Below the pieces are notes generated by a model that saw only the letters and a list, made by a program, of their open reading frames with translations, made no database searches and was not told where the DNA came from. Positions 28,576 through 37,629 of a DNA stretch of 64,000 nucleotides are shown in pieces. Made by a program: the position numbers and the translations under genes. This stretch comes from a virus. The stretch covers positions 36,023-100,022 of IMG/VR virus record IMGVR_UViG_3300033149_004116; one strand, written 5' to 3'. Each line of letters opens with the position of its first letter. Position 1 is the stretch's first letter.

Positions 28576-28791
28576 TTATTTAATTTGATAATCTCTGCTC
28601 CATAATCTCTTTATTATGCCCTCCCTCAAACAAATATTTAAATGTTTTCTAACTGTTGATCTGTTTCTCCCGCTCTCCTCAACAACTCTATTAATATTGA
28701 TTTTTCCGCTTGGATAACTATTTTTAAATGCTAATATTAAAATTCTTCTAGTTTCATCTTTTAGTTTCATTATTTTTTTTCGATTGCTCAT
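28576..28791 (-). CDS. Winged-HTH protein, possibly the frameshifted C-terminus of the JAB protein
   Basis: INRVVEESGRNRSTVRKHL..EGII. Confidence 0.6.
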   Translation of the reverse strand: MSNRKKIMKLKDETRRILILAFKNSYPSGKININRVVEESGRNRSTVRKHLNICLREGIIKRLWSRDYQIK

Positions 28792-29296
28792 CCAACTCTA
28801 TTTTGCCTAAAAAATTAACAATGGGGATTCCTAAATAAAATTTTTCACCAACAAAATGAGGAGTAAAAATTGCCTCTTCTGGTTGTTTTAAATAAACAAT
28901 CTCTCTATTTTGAGAGTTTCTAGCAGCTATAAAAGTATGTTGTCCCATTTTATGATGAATTACCCATATCCACAAATCGGAGCAGGCATCTATATCTCTC
29001 ACAGAGGGAATGGTTCCATTTGGATGGCTATGAAATTTTCCTTGTTTATATAAACCAATACTGGAAGCATAAAGATTACACCAATATCCGCCCCAAGAAT
29101 GTTCTCTATACGTTCTATATTTTTTATTTCCCTCTTCTACATTTGGAACAGGGAAAATGTCTCTAATAATTGTATCTTCAAGATATTTATATCCTAAAAG
29201 ATATCCTCCCACCTCTTCTGGATGTTTCGCATCACACAAAGTTTCAAGTTTTAGTTTTGCCTTAGAATCTAGTAATATTTTTTCCATAAACATCAT
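28754..29296 (-). CDS. JAB/MPN+ (JAMM) metalloprotease
   Basis: EVGGYLLG..FHSHPNGTIPSVRD is a complete E..HxHx6SxxD motif. Confidence 0.85.
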   Translation of the reverse strand: MMFMEKILLDSKAKLKLETLCDAKHPEEVGGYLLGYKYLEDTIIRDIFPVPNVEEGNKKYRTYREHSWGGYWCNLYASSIGLYKQGKFHSHPNGTIPSVRDIDACSDLWIWVIHHKMGQHTFIAARNSQNREIVYLKQPEEAIFTPHFVGEKFYLGIPIVNFLGKIELDEQSKKNNETKR

Positions 29297-29319
29297 TTCT
29301 TCAAACCAGTATAAAAATC

Positions 29320-29904
29320 TTATGATATGTCTTCAATCGGAGTTTCAATATAAATTTTATAAAAGTTCTTGGGGGGAGCAAAATTGTGTTCTCTCGCCTC
29401 AGTTGCAATATGCCGAGCTATAGCGGGCATAGTTATCCTTTTATCGCTCCAATTTTCTATTCCTACTTGATCTAGAGCGTGTTGTAATGCTCGCATAATT
29501 CGTTCTTTGGGCATAGGAGGATATTGAGGTCTAACCTCCTTTCTAGGAAGTCTGGGAAGTTTTGGAAGATCGATCTTCTCTTTCGCAAATATCTGATGTT
29601 TATAATTTTTTAGAACTACTCCTTCCCTTCGATGGCGACGACACCAAGTTAACGATTTCTGAATTCGTTCATTTAATTCTTCTAATGATGCTGGTATAAA
29701 TCTATCAATAACTCTGACTATAGGTATTTTAAATTGATATGCTCTTTGATATACATACTCGTATGGTAAAAATCTTTCAGCATTTACGTCATATATGTCG
29801 AAAATTATCCAATGAATATTTGAAATTGCTGATTCTATTCTAGTTGGCGATCCGCTTCTTTTTTTAATGTGATAACTTCCACATTTAGGACATTTTATTG
29901 TCAT
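29320..29904 (-). CDS. ATP-dependent RNA ligase, C-terminal half of a split gene
   Basis: IFDIYD (motif IIIa), REGVVLK (IV) and FAKEK (V); begins with CPKC. Confidence 0.75.
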   Translation of the reverse strand: MTIKCPKCGSYHIKKRSGSPTRIESAISNIHWIIFDIYDVNAERFLPYEYVYQRAYQFKIPIVRVIDRFIPASLEELNERIQKSLTWCRRHRREGVVLKNYKHQIFAKEKIDLPKLPRLPRKEVRPQYPPMPKERIMRALQHALDQVGIENWSDKRITMPAIARHIATEAREHNFAPPKNFYKIYIETPIEDIS

Positions 29905-30464
29905 TTTTTCTTAATTCTCCATTTTCATATCTTTTTATCCATTGACAATTCATACATAATACTTGATATCCCTCTGGATAATTATTATCTTGTAACCAGC
30001 GATAAAAATGTCTTCCACCTTTTCTATTTTTTCCAAATAACTCTCTTCTATGATCTCCACCGCCTCCCTTGATATGATCTATTGAAAGAGTTCTTATATC
30101 GCTCATACCACATTGACGACAAACAGGTGTTGAGAGATGGGAATAATGAGATAAAACTTCATATTTTATTTTCTGACTCCATATCTTACTTCTTTCGTTG
30201 CTTGCCTTTATTAGTTTTATTCTGTTTTTCTCATAATACTCCTTTTGTTTTTGTCTTATTTTATCTTTATTCTCTTCTCTATATTTTTTATTATATATCC
30301 TCCTCCTCTCTCTGTTCTTGATATAATATTCATGTTTATATTTTTTTATACATTCTTTACACTCAGTTCGTCTATTCTTTTTTTCCCCTTTCTTTTCTTT
30401 CATAAAAATCTGAAACGGGTTTAATTTGATGACATATTCGACATTCGCGGAGTTCCATAATCAT
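29885..30464 (-). mobile_element. HNH homing endonuclease inserted in the RNA ligase gene; frameshift at a G4A7 run near 30378-30388
   Basis: N-part MIMELRECRICHQIKPVSDFY (from 30464) continues in the +1 frame as RTECKEC..CRQCG..LSIDHI..YQVLCMNCQ; own TATA box near 30485. Confidence 0.8.
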
Positions 30465-30502
30465 TATAGGTTCACTTCTAAAATATAAAGGTTTTGTTCA
30501 AC

Positions 30503-30838
30503 TCACCATTTATATCTACAATCTTTACATATGAAACGACCTTTCTTAAGCAACTCGCCATATAAAATGAATTTATTATCATAATTTAATTCATTCTTTA
30601 ATAATTCAATTGCTCTGGAATATTCTGGGGTTGATCTCAATCGAGCCCGAATGCTCTTATCAGCTTCTTTCATTCTCCTACTAGAGATTTGGGGGATTTC
30701 GTCCTCATCAAACCAAATTGATGTATTTTCTCCGTCGCGCTTAACAGTAAAAAGAACAACCTTTCCTAATAATTCTCTCCCCTCATTTCTCAATCTTTTA
30801 ACTGGTTCTAAATCGGGATATTTTTTCCAAATAGACAT
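30503..30838 (-). CDS. ATP-dependent RNA ligase, N-terminal half of a split gene
   Basis: KYP, TVKRDGEN (motif I KxDG), SSRR (Ia) and ILYGEL (III); ends with FICKDCRYKW. Confidence 0.78.
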   Translation of the reverse strand: MSIWKKYPDLEPVKRLRNEGRELLGKVVLFTVKRDGENTSIWFDEDEIPQISSRRMKEADKSIRARLRSTPEYSRAIELLKNELNYDNKFILYGELLKKGRFICKDCRYKW

Positions 30839-31047
30839 TACATTTTCCACCAATCATTTGGAATATATATTTTAATTCCTCGCTTTTGCATAAATTCTAG
30901 TCGAATATAAAATGCCACATTTATCAAAGCAAGGTCTATTTCTTTAATCGCAAATCCTCTCCCTCTAATTTCAGAATTAAAAAATTTTATTAATTTTTCT
31001 GTGAGGAGGGCAACATTATCTTCTTTCATTTTTTTCACACACCTCAT
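30838..31047 (-). CDS. Hypothetical protein
   Basis: In-operon small ORF. Confidence 0.4.
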   Translation of the reverse strand: MRCVKKMKEDNVALLTEKLIKFFNSEIRGRGFAIKEIDLALINVAFYIRLEFMQKRGIKIYIPNDWWKM

Positions 31048-31297
31048 TCTGTTGCTTGAACTTCGCTCTCTGTTTGATTATTTCGGCAAAAAATGTGTTG
31101 ATATAATCCATCGCCGTCTCAAGATAGTGGTTTGGAACTTCTAATGGTTCCTCCTCACGATAGAGTCCCATCTTTTTTCTCCTTTCTACGTCGGTTTTCA
31201 AGATTTTCAAATAACCTTCCCAGCTTTCCACTTTCTTTATAAGTTCTAGGAGCGCATCAAATTTAACAATCACACTCGAATTATCATAAGTTTGCAA
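31016..31297 (-). CDS. Hypothetical protein
   Basis: The open frame extends to about 31345 without an ATG. Confidence 0.45.
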   Translation of the reverse strand: MQTYDNSSVIVKFDALLELIKKVESWEGYLKILKTDVERRKKMGLYREEEPLEVPNHYLETAMDYINTFFAEIIKQRAKFKQQNEVCEKNERR

Positions 31298-31345
31298 TCC
31301 ATACTTATCTTCAAGTTCTTCAAACGTTCTTTCTTTTTTACGTAT

Positions 31346-32278
31346 TCATCTCTCCTCCTCGACGACGCCCAAGACAGCATAAAGCTTCTCTTTCCATCTC
31401 AGTAATCGATCAAGTGATTTTCTCGTCAACCAAATCCAATCCATATTGAGAATCTCAACCAGTTCGGGCATGAGTTTCTTGATGGCTTCAAGACTGCGCT
31501 CAAGTTCAATTTTCTTCTTCATGGTCTTCTCAAGGAGAGGCGTGTCACTCCAATCTATACAATCCCAGTTTCGTGCTTTCTCCCATATCGGCTTAAGCTT
31601 CTCCCTTAACGCATCTATGTCGGCGCAAATTTCGCTTATTAGCTCATCAAAAGAATCATGGCTCTTCTGCTGACAGGGCTTTTCTGCATCTGGAACAACA
31701 ATCTTAGGCTTTCCTTTCTTTACTTTCGTTACTTCAAGTTCCACGTTGTATCGCTTTGGATTCATCCTAACATACACATTCTTTTCGATCTCCTCCTCGG
31801 CGGCTCCCAATATTCTCTTTAATTCGTCTAGGTCTTTCCCAGAACAACATAGATATTTCATCCCTGCCGTTTCACAAATCTCTACCCTTTCTGAAAACCA
31901 AGTCTTGACGGCTTCGAGGCGACTTTTGGCATTATAGGCGTCTAAAACTTCTTTATCATCAGCTCTGAGCCATTTGTTGAACCCATCCCACATCTCTTCC
32001 TTTCCACGCGTCCTTTTGAAGCATTCCCCGCACATCGTCATCGATGTCTCTGGATCGATGAACCCACCACATATCGGGCATCGTATCCGCAGGTCGAGAT
32101 CGTTTAAGGGGTTGTGGCTCTCCCGCTGCTTCGATAATAGATTGGGAGAATCTCTATCAGTGGCATGTTGGGTCGCGCGCGTTTCCGTCCTTACACTCGC
32201 GAGCTTTGACGACCCTATGCCTACAGCAGTTTCGGGTGCCGATATCCTCCCTTTCTTATTCTTTTCTTTCTCTTCCAT
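31346..32278 (-). CDS. Hypothetical protein with Zn ribbon and coiled coil
   Basis: CPICGG..CGEC; visibly more GC-rich than its neighbours. Confidence 0.5.
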   Translation of the reverse strand: MEEKEKNKKGRISAPETAVGIGSSKLASVRTETRATQHATDRDSPNLLSKQRESHNPLNDLDLRIRCPICGGFIDPETSMTMCGECFKRTRGKEEMWDGFNKWLRADDKEVLDAYNAKSRLEAVKTWFSERVEICETAGMKYLCCSGKDLDELKRILGAAEEEIEKNVYVRMNPKRYNVELEVTKVKKGKPKIVVPDAEKPCQQKSHDSFDELISEICADIDALREKLKPIWEKARNWDCIDWSDTPLLEKTMKKKIELERSLEAIKKLMPELVEILNMDWIWLTRKSLDRLLRWKEKLYAVLGVVEEER

Positions 32279-33068
32279 TTATAAAATCCTCGTCTCTTAT
32301 TTCGTTAATAACACTCCACCTAGTTTCGAGATATTCTTGTTTTAAAAATTCAGTTGGATTGATATTTAGCATACATTGTTGAACAAATGGACAGTAACCC
32401 TTCACACACATCCATCTAACAGACATATCTCTTGGAGGCAAAGTTCTTGTATTTAAGTAAAGAGACAATTTAGAAGATCGTTCCAGCATCTCCTCCTTAA
32501 TGGCTTCTAATTCCCTAGCAAATAAATCTCCTATTCCAGCCATTATACTGGCATCATCCACATTAATATAGAGAATGCCTCCAACATCAACATTATAATT
32601 ATTTTCCTCTAAAAGAACACGATAATATTCGAGTTGTCTCAAATGATGTTCTCTAATTTTTACAACATATGCCCCCCGTTTTCTGTCATAATATGTAGGT
32701 ATGTTTCTGGTACTTTTTTTATCAAAAAACAATCCATTCTCATATTCATCTACGGTTCCATTTATTCCTCTCCAAGACAAAGATAGTTCGTGTTGTTTAC
32801 ACAGAGGCATTTTATGAAGTTCTATGCCAGTCCAAATTCTTATCGCGCCTTTAATATCTAAATTGAGGGGGGGCATTAAAGCATTATAATATCCCTTTCT
32901 CGCGCAAGGATAAATAATATCCGAAACGTGAACACCTTTAACTCTTCCTTCTCCAGATTCTTGAAGATATTGGAAGAGTCTTTCAAGAAATCTTTCTTCT
33001 ATTTTAGTTTCCATTTTTTGTTCAAAAAGAGGGGAACTATCTTTATTCGCCCAGCTCAAATAACTCAA
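32256..33068 (-). CDS. Cas4-like PD-(D/E)xK exonuclease
   Basis: HVSDII.PC.RK, G..LH, GTVD..DKKS, QLEYY and C-terminal C..YCPF..C cluster ligands. Confidence 0.8.
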   Translation of the reverse strand: MSYLSWANKDSSPLFEQKMETKIEERFLERLFQYLQESGEGRVKGVHVSDIIYPCARKGYYNALMPPLNLDIKGAIRIWTGIELHKMPLCKQHELSLSWRGINGTVDEYENGLFFDKKSTRNIPTYYDRKRGAYVVKIREHHLRQLEYYRVLLEENNYNVDVGGILYINVDDASIMAGIGDLFARELEAIKEEMLERSSKLSLYLNTRTLPPRDMSVRWMCVKGYCPFVQQCMLNINPTEFLKQEYLETRWSVINEIRDEDFINGRERKE

Positions 33069-33718
33069 CTCTCTTTATAAGAGATGTGCGTTGAATCTAC
33101 TGTAACAAGTTGAAGTTCTACCATCCGCTTAGTGATTTTATCTGCATCTACGCCCCTCGTGTTACAATAATTTTTCCAAGTTGCCAAATCTACCTTTTTT
33201 ATATTTTTCAACGAACCTGCCAACTGTAGCGCGATTCCATCCAAATCTTCTGCTTTATCAGGTTTGGGGGAGGGAGGAGTTACTGTTGTTTGGGAGGTTT
33301 CAATTGCTTTAGTTCCCGCCAAAAGTTCCGCATCATATATTCTATTTCCTCCCCTCCTCTCCTGGCTTCTCCATATCTTCCATTTACTTCCAGAAAGTAG
33401 CGGATCTGGTTGCCCCTCCTGCCAGTTCAATACTTCTAATATTTTTCCAGTAAGAGTTGTTGACATCCATAGAGTATATTCTTCTCCTGCTACTGCTGGA
33501 TAACTGTCCTCGCTCCCCACTTTGGCTCTTGCCGTCCCCTCAAGGTATCTTACCTGAGCGAAGGTTCTAATATCATCTACCTCTTCGCCACGTCTAGTTT
33601 TTTTCTTTCCAAAACTTCTAGTTTTTGGTTCCGACAGAAACACGACGATTGCGTGATTATCGTCGGTAATTTTCAAGTTGGGCGGATAATCCCTTCTTGC
33701 TCCTTTCGTCCAAGACAT
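33065..33718 (-). CDS. Putative ssDNA-binding (OB-fold-like) protein
   Basis: Beta-rich N-domain plus Pro linker, adjacent to the exonuclease. Inference. Confidence 0.4.
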   Translation of the reverse strand: MSWTKGARRDYPPNLKITDDNHAIVVFLSEPKTRSFGKKKTRRGEEVDDIRTFAQVRYLEGTARAKVGSEDSYPAVAGEEYTLWMSTTLTGKILEVLNWQEGQPDPLLSGSKWKIWRSQERRGGNRIYDAELLAGTKAIETSQTTVTPPSPKPDKAEDLDGIALQLAGSLKNIKKVDLATWKNYCNTRGVDADKITKRMVELQLVTVDSTHISYKES

Positions 33719-33793
33719 AGTTTTATAGATTATTTGGTAATATTTAAGCATTTCGCTTATAAATATAGTATTAGTATATGCTTCAAATTAAAA

Positions 33794-34060
33794 TTAAAGA
33801 AGATTATTTTTGATAGAACCATTTAAATTGAAGTTGGATTCTGGTAAAGGCAAAACGCCACCGTTAAGAAGCAGAAGAGCATCCTTATAAGAATGATAAT
33901 TCCGCCCTCTACGATGAATTATACATGGAACAAAATAATCTTTCTCTCTAAAAACGATTCCCGCTTTCCCCGCTCTCGCGCCCATACAAAAAGCTATAAT
34001 ACAACATAATGGATATTTTTCAGATAAACCTCTTCTGAAATGATTTATCCACGCCATCAT
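33794..34060 (-). CDS. Hypothetical Cys-rich protein
   Basis: YPLCCI..F and VPC..H. Confidence 0.45.
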   Translation of the reverse strand: MMAWINHFRRGLSEKYPLCCIIAFCMGARAGKAGIVFREKDYFVPCIIHRRGRNYHSYKDALLLLNGGVLPLPESNFNLNGSIKNNLL

Positions 34061-34188
34061 TTCAACATAATATGAGATTTCTCCAATATAAAAGTTTATA
34101 TAGAGGGGAATTGCCCTCTTAATTGATGAAAATTTTCAAGATTAGACATTTATGCTCTAAACACGTCTGGAATCGTTCGAGAAGTATA

Positions 34189-35349
34189 ATGGGGAGAGTA
34201 ATAGATGTCAGAGTTGGACATTTTAGAATTTCAGGACTTGTGCTAAATTCCGACGGAACTTATTATTACAATCCCACGCTTGCTGCAGACGGAACTATGT
34301 TCTGTGATTGTCAAGGATTCAAGGAAAATCTGATATGTAGTCACGTTCTTGCACTTTTGCGCAAAGCCGAATTTGAAGGATTTAATATAGAAAAGTTTAT
34401 AAACGGTCTGAGAGGTGAGTATATCGAGGACGAATACGTGAAAATATATGAAACTAGCTTGAAAGGTTATAACGATCTATTTGGAGGACTTCAAGGCGGG
34501 CGACACCCCAATATGCTCTTTTCTGAAGCAGAAATTGGCAAAAGTTATCTAAATGCTCAGTTTTGTGTAGATATGTTATTGAAATATAATCTTAATGCTT
34601 TAATCAACGATACCGAGGGAGGAGTTGCTCCAGAATGGTTCTACAATATTGCTAAACATAAAGGCAAGGAAATAGATGTTAAATTTATTGATTGGAGAGT
34701 TAGAGATAAAATTAAAAAATCGAAAGATACAGAAACTCATATGCCTGAATATGATTATTCAAAACTGAAAATAGAGAAGCCCGATAAACCAACAATATAT
34801 ATCTATGATGCTAGGCATATAGTTCAGGTTTTGCCATTTTTCGGAAGACCCATAAGTTTTAAAATTAAAGGAGGAGTTATGGAACCGATAGATGCTGGCG
34901 GAACGGTATCAATATGGGAAAGCCCCATTGGAACTATCGTAGAGAAATGCAATATTGGATATGTTGCTAATGACTCATTATCCGCTCCACTTGAAAAATT
35001 CTTTGTTGGGGGGCAAATAAATTACAGAACACGAACCAAAACAACGCAAGTATGGCTTGGGAGATCACAGGACTTGATCGACGAATATAAAATAGTTCTT
35101 ATGAATATCGCCCATGCCACGATAAATCATTCAAATCCTTATGCCGTTCCCGTTCCCGTCGGTGGCAAAGCAGTTCTCCACAATAATAAATATATTGCCT
35201 TTATGGAAAAATACAAAAATAAGAAATTAAAAAATTGGAGAAACCTACGAAAGATGAGAATATTCAGACATATGACAAAACCATCTTGGTCTGAAGAATG
35301 TATATTTGAAATTTCAGAACATGGATTTGAGGATTTCTCGATGAATTAA
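34189..35349 (+). CDS. SWIM zinc finger plus RecA/RadA-family ATPase
   Basis: CDCQGF..CSH (SWIM); LFGGL, SEAEIGKS (Walker A), DTEGG, NDSLS and PVGG..V.H. Confidence 0.8.
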   Translation: MGRVIDVRVGHFRISGLVLNSDGTYYYNPTLAADGTMFCDCQGFKENLICSHVLALLRKAEFEGFNIEKFINGLRGEYIEDEYVKIYETSLKGYNDLFGGLQGGRHPNMLFSEAEIGKSYLNAQFCVDMLLKYNLNALINDTEGGVAPEWFYNIAKHKGKEIDVKFIDWRVRDKIKKSKDTETHMPEYDYSKLKIEKPDKPTIYIYDARHIVQVLPFFGRPISFKIKGGVMEPIDAGGTVSIWESPIGTIVEKCNIGYVANDSLSAPLEKFFVGGQINYRTRTKTTQVWLGRSQDLIDEYKIVLMNIAHATINHSNPYAVPVPVGGKAVLHNNKYIAFMEKYKNKKLKNWRNLRKMRIFRHMTKPSWSEECIFEISEHGFEDFSMN

Positions 35350-36338
35350 TTTTGCCAAGGCATATTCTTTCTCTTTTTATAATTACAGGAATTATCACAA
35401 AATCCCCATTTTATCAAAGTATCACAACTAATAGGTTTGAGATTTCTATCTTTTATGGAATTTCTAGAATAATTTATTTGATACTGTGTTTTGCTCTCAT
35501 CATAATCTGAAAATTGACTCATAAACCAGTGTATCTTTTCATCTGTCATTTCTGAATAAATAGCATCCATCAAAAATGCCAGCCTAGCATTATGTGATGG
35601 ATCTTTTTTTAGCGCCGAAATTATACATTTTCTTATCTCCCAATTGCCTATCTCCATTTTTTTGCTAGATCTTTTTATTTTTTTATTCATCATTATTTCC
35701 TGCAAAATCTTAGTGGTATATTTTATCGGAATTGGATTTTCTTTAAAGGAATTGATATCTGGAATGTATGGTTCTCTGTCAATAGTTAAAGGTATTACTT
35801 GATTGCCAGTTTTCTGATGATATGAGAATGGCAAGCGAGCTAGAGCGTTTATATGCGTGGGAAGTTTATCAAAGTTTGGGTAAAGGGAAAAATCTCCAAG
35901 GATGTCGAAGAGTATTTTCTTGTAAAATTCTCTCGCCCCTCTCTCCTTTTCGGCTGTAAATTCTAATTCTCCTATATACGCCCACACATGATAACCACGT
36001 TTTCCGCTATAAGTAATTATAGGTTCTGCATTCATATTTTTTATCTTTCCGGCTATAATTAGTGCTTGAAACCACACATCATCCAATTCTTTTGCATCAT
36101 AAGAATACTTACTTAATTCTTTTTTGGTATCGAATTCATAAAACAATTTTTCAATACGCAAAACTGGTTGTACTGAATGGAATGCGGGCTTCCTATATAA
36201 CCAACATTCCCTAATGAATTGTTTATATCCCTCTAATGAATTATAAAATTTGTTTCTAAATTGCCCAAATTGATGATTCCCATAAGCGAGCCACCTCTCA
36301 AGAAATGTCTCGACCTTCGAATCATCTAAGTCAAACAT
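35346..36338 (-). CDS. Archaeo-eukaryotic primase with fused C-terminal Cys-cluster domain
   Basis: LFYEFD, YSGKRGYH and D..ARLP.S.H.KT; C-terminal CI..HNARL..ISC.....FC..C. Confidence 0.85.
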   Translation of the reverse strand: MFDLDDSKVETFLERWLAYGNHQFGQFRNKFYNSLEGYKQFIRECWLYRKPAFHSVQPVLRIEKLFYEFDTKKELSKYSYDAKELDDVWFQALIIAGKIKNMNAEPIITYSGKRGYHVWAYIGELEFTAEKERGAREFYKKILFDILGDFSLYPNFDKLPTHINALARLPFSYHQKTGNQVIPLTIDREPYIPDINSFKENPIPIKYTTKILQEIMMNKKIKRSSKKMEIGNWEIRKCIISALKKDPSHNARLAFLMDAIYSEMTDEKIHWFMSQFSDYDESKTQYQINYSRNSIKDRNLKPISCDTLIKWGFCDNSCNYKKRKNMPWQN

Positions 36339-36374
36339 ACGAGAGATTGAGTGAAGCTGTATATTTAAACTTTT

Positions 36375-36671
36375 TTATTTGTATAAGCGAAGTTTTACTG
36401 GAATTGGTTGCTGAAACAAACATTTGGAATTGATATTTTGTATCCTATCGCTCCATATACTGATCATCCAACATTCTCTCTGCCGACGCTCTGTATCTTC
36501 CAATTCTACCTTCCCCCTATTATAAACAAACAAATCGTTTATTCTTATGTTTGAAGCAACAGGTATTGTCCTTACGAATTTGCATATTGATGGTATAGAT
36601 ACTCCAGACCAGTTCAATAGATCATTTATTTCAATACGATCTAATTCCAATCTTGGTTCTCTGAGTGGCAT
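36375..36671 (-). CDS. Hypothetical protein
   Basis: ORF with an upstream TATA-like box. Confidence 0.45.
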   Translation of the reverse strand: MPLREPRLELDRIEINDLLNWSGVSIPSICKFVRTIPVASNIRINDLFVYNRGKVELEDTERRQRECWMISIWSDRIQNINSKCLFQQPIPVKLRLYK

Positions 36672-36744
36672 ATTACATTAGTAATGGTCTTTTCTTTTAT
36701 TTAAACCTTACTCTTTTTATATATTATTTAGCTAATTTTAGTCT

Positions 36745-36781
36745 CTTGAAGTCGCCACAAAACCTTCGGTGGTGAAAAAAA
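36745..36781. repeat. Dispersed ~35-bp element, copy 1
   Basis: CTTGAAGTCGCCACAAAACCTTCGGTGGTGAAAAAA; near-identical copies at 52146-52181 (inverted) and 52221-52253. Confidence 0.85.
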
Positions 36782-37288
36782 TTAAACTCCCTCTTTTTGA
36801 TAAATCCCCTTATATATTTCCTTTGCCTCGTTAATAGGGATAAAAAGCATTTGTGCTATTTTTGCGTTAGAAGTTAGAACAAGTCCATACTCATTATGAA
36901 CTACCAATAATGTCTTTCCCCGACCTTCATATCCCGCGTCCCAAACTCCAGTTTCAACGGTAATGCCACATCGTAACATTGAACTACGATGAATTGATAA
37001 TGCACAAAGATTTTTTGGTAATTTGATTATTTCATTATATTCAACTTTATAACTGCCTTGTTTAAGATAATAAACTTCATTCACAGGATTTAATTTAATA
37101 GTTTCTGTTTCTGGTATTCTTCTGTCCAAATTGGAGAAATCTATTATTCCTCCCTCGCTAAATTTGAATATTTGACCTACTGTTAAATCGAAACCGTTTG
37201 GCTGTATTTGTTTGCTTAAATCTCTATAGTTCCGAATCAAATCTTTTTCTCTAATTAATTTTAGAATCTCTTTGTCATTTAAAAACAT
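36782..37288 (-). CDS. dut: Archaeal-type trimeric dUTPase (dCTP deaminase/dUTPase family)
   Basis: QIQPNGFDLT, RSSMLRCG, GVWDAGYEG, IAQM and YKGIYQ. Confidence 0.85.
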   Translation of the reverse strand: MFLNDKEILKLIREKDLIRNYRDLSKQIQPNGFDLTVGQIFKFSEGGIIDFSNLDRRIPETETIKLNPVNEVYYLKQGSYKVEYNEIIKLPKNLCALSIHRSSMLRCGITVETGVWDAGYEGRGKTLLVVHNEYGLVLTSNAKIAQMLFIPINEAKEIYKGIYQKEGV

Positions 37289-37629
37289 TATCGCCCTCCC
37301 CTCCTCGGTTTTAATTCTTGCTCTTTTTTCATTCTCTTTTTAATCATTTTATCTATATTGCCAAGAATTTTAGTCCAAAACATCCCAAAAAGGGCAAATC
37401 CAAGTAATGGCATATTCGCACCATATGGAGGTTCACCAAGTTGGAGACAGCCCCTCATTTGTCCGTTATCCCAATAAATATAGGAACCCTCTCTCCGCAG
37501 AATCATCGGCTTGATGACATCTGGAATTTCTCCGTCTCGAAGTTGAAAAAGATAATCAACAAAGCAAGATTTTAATGTGTTGCTCATATTCTCACCAATC
37601 ATATCAATCTTGTTCAACATAATTATCAA
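37288..37629 (-). CDS. Hypothetical protein
   Basis: In-operon ORF. Confidence 0.45.
   Translation of the reverse strand: MIIMLNKIDMIGENMSNTLKSCFVDYLFQLRDGEIPDVIKPMILRREGSYIYWDNGQMRGCLQLGEPPYGANMPLLGFALFGMFWTKILGNIDKMIKKRMKKEQELKPRRGGR

Noticed and set aside
29845-30560. BHB intron that would rejoin the RNA ligase halves (GCTT/AAGC, GGCGA/TCGCC)
   Set aside because: The pairing gives a 3x3 internal loop and no inner helix, so it is not BHB geometry.
32256-33068. CRISPR-Cas system suggested by the Cas4-like gene
   Set aside because: No repeat-spacer array or other cas genes were seen; solo Cas4-like nucleases are common in archaeal viruses.
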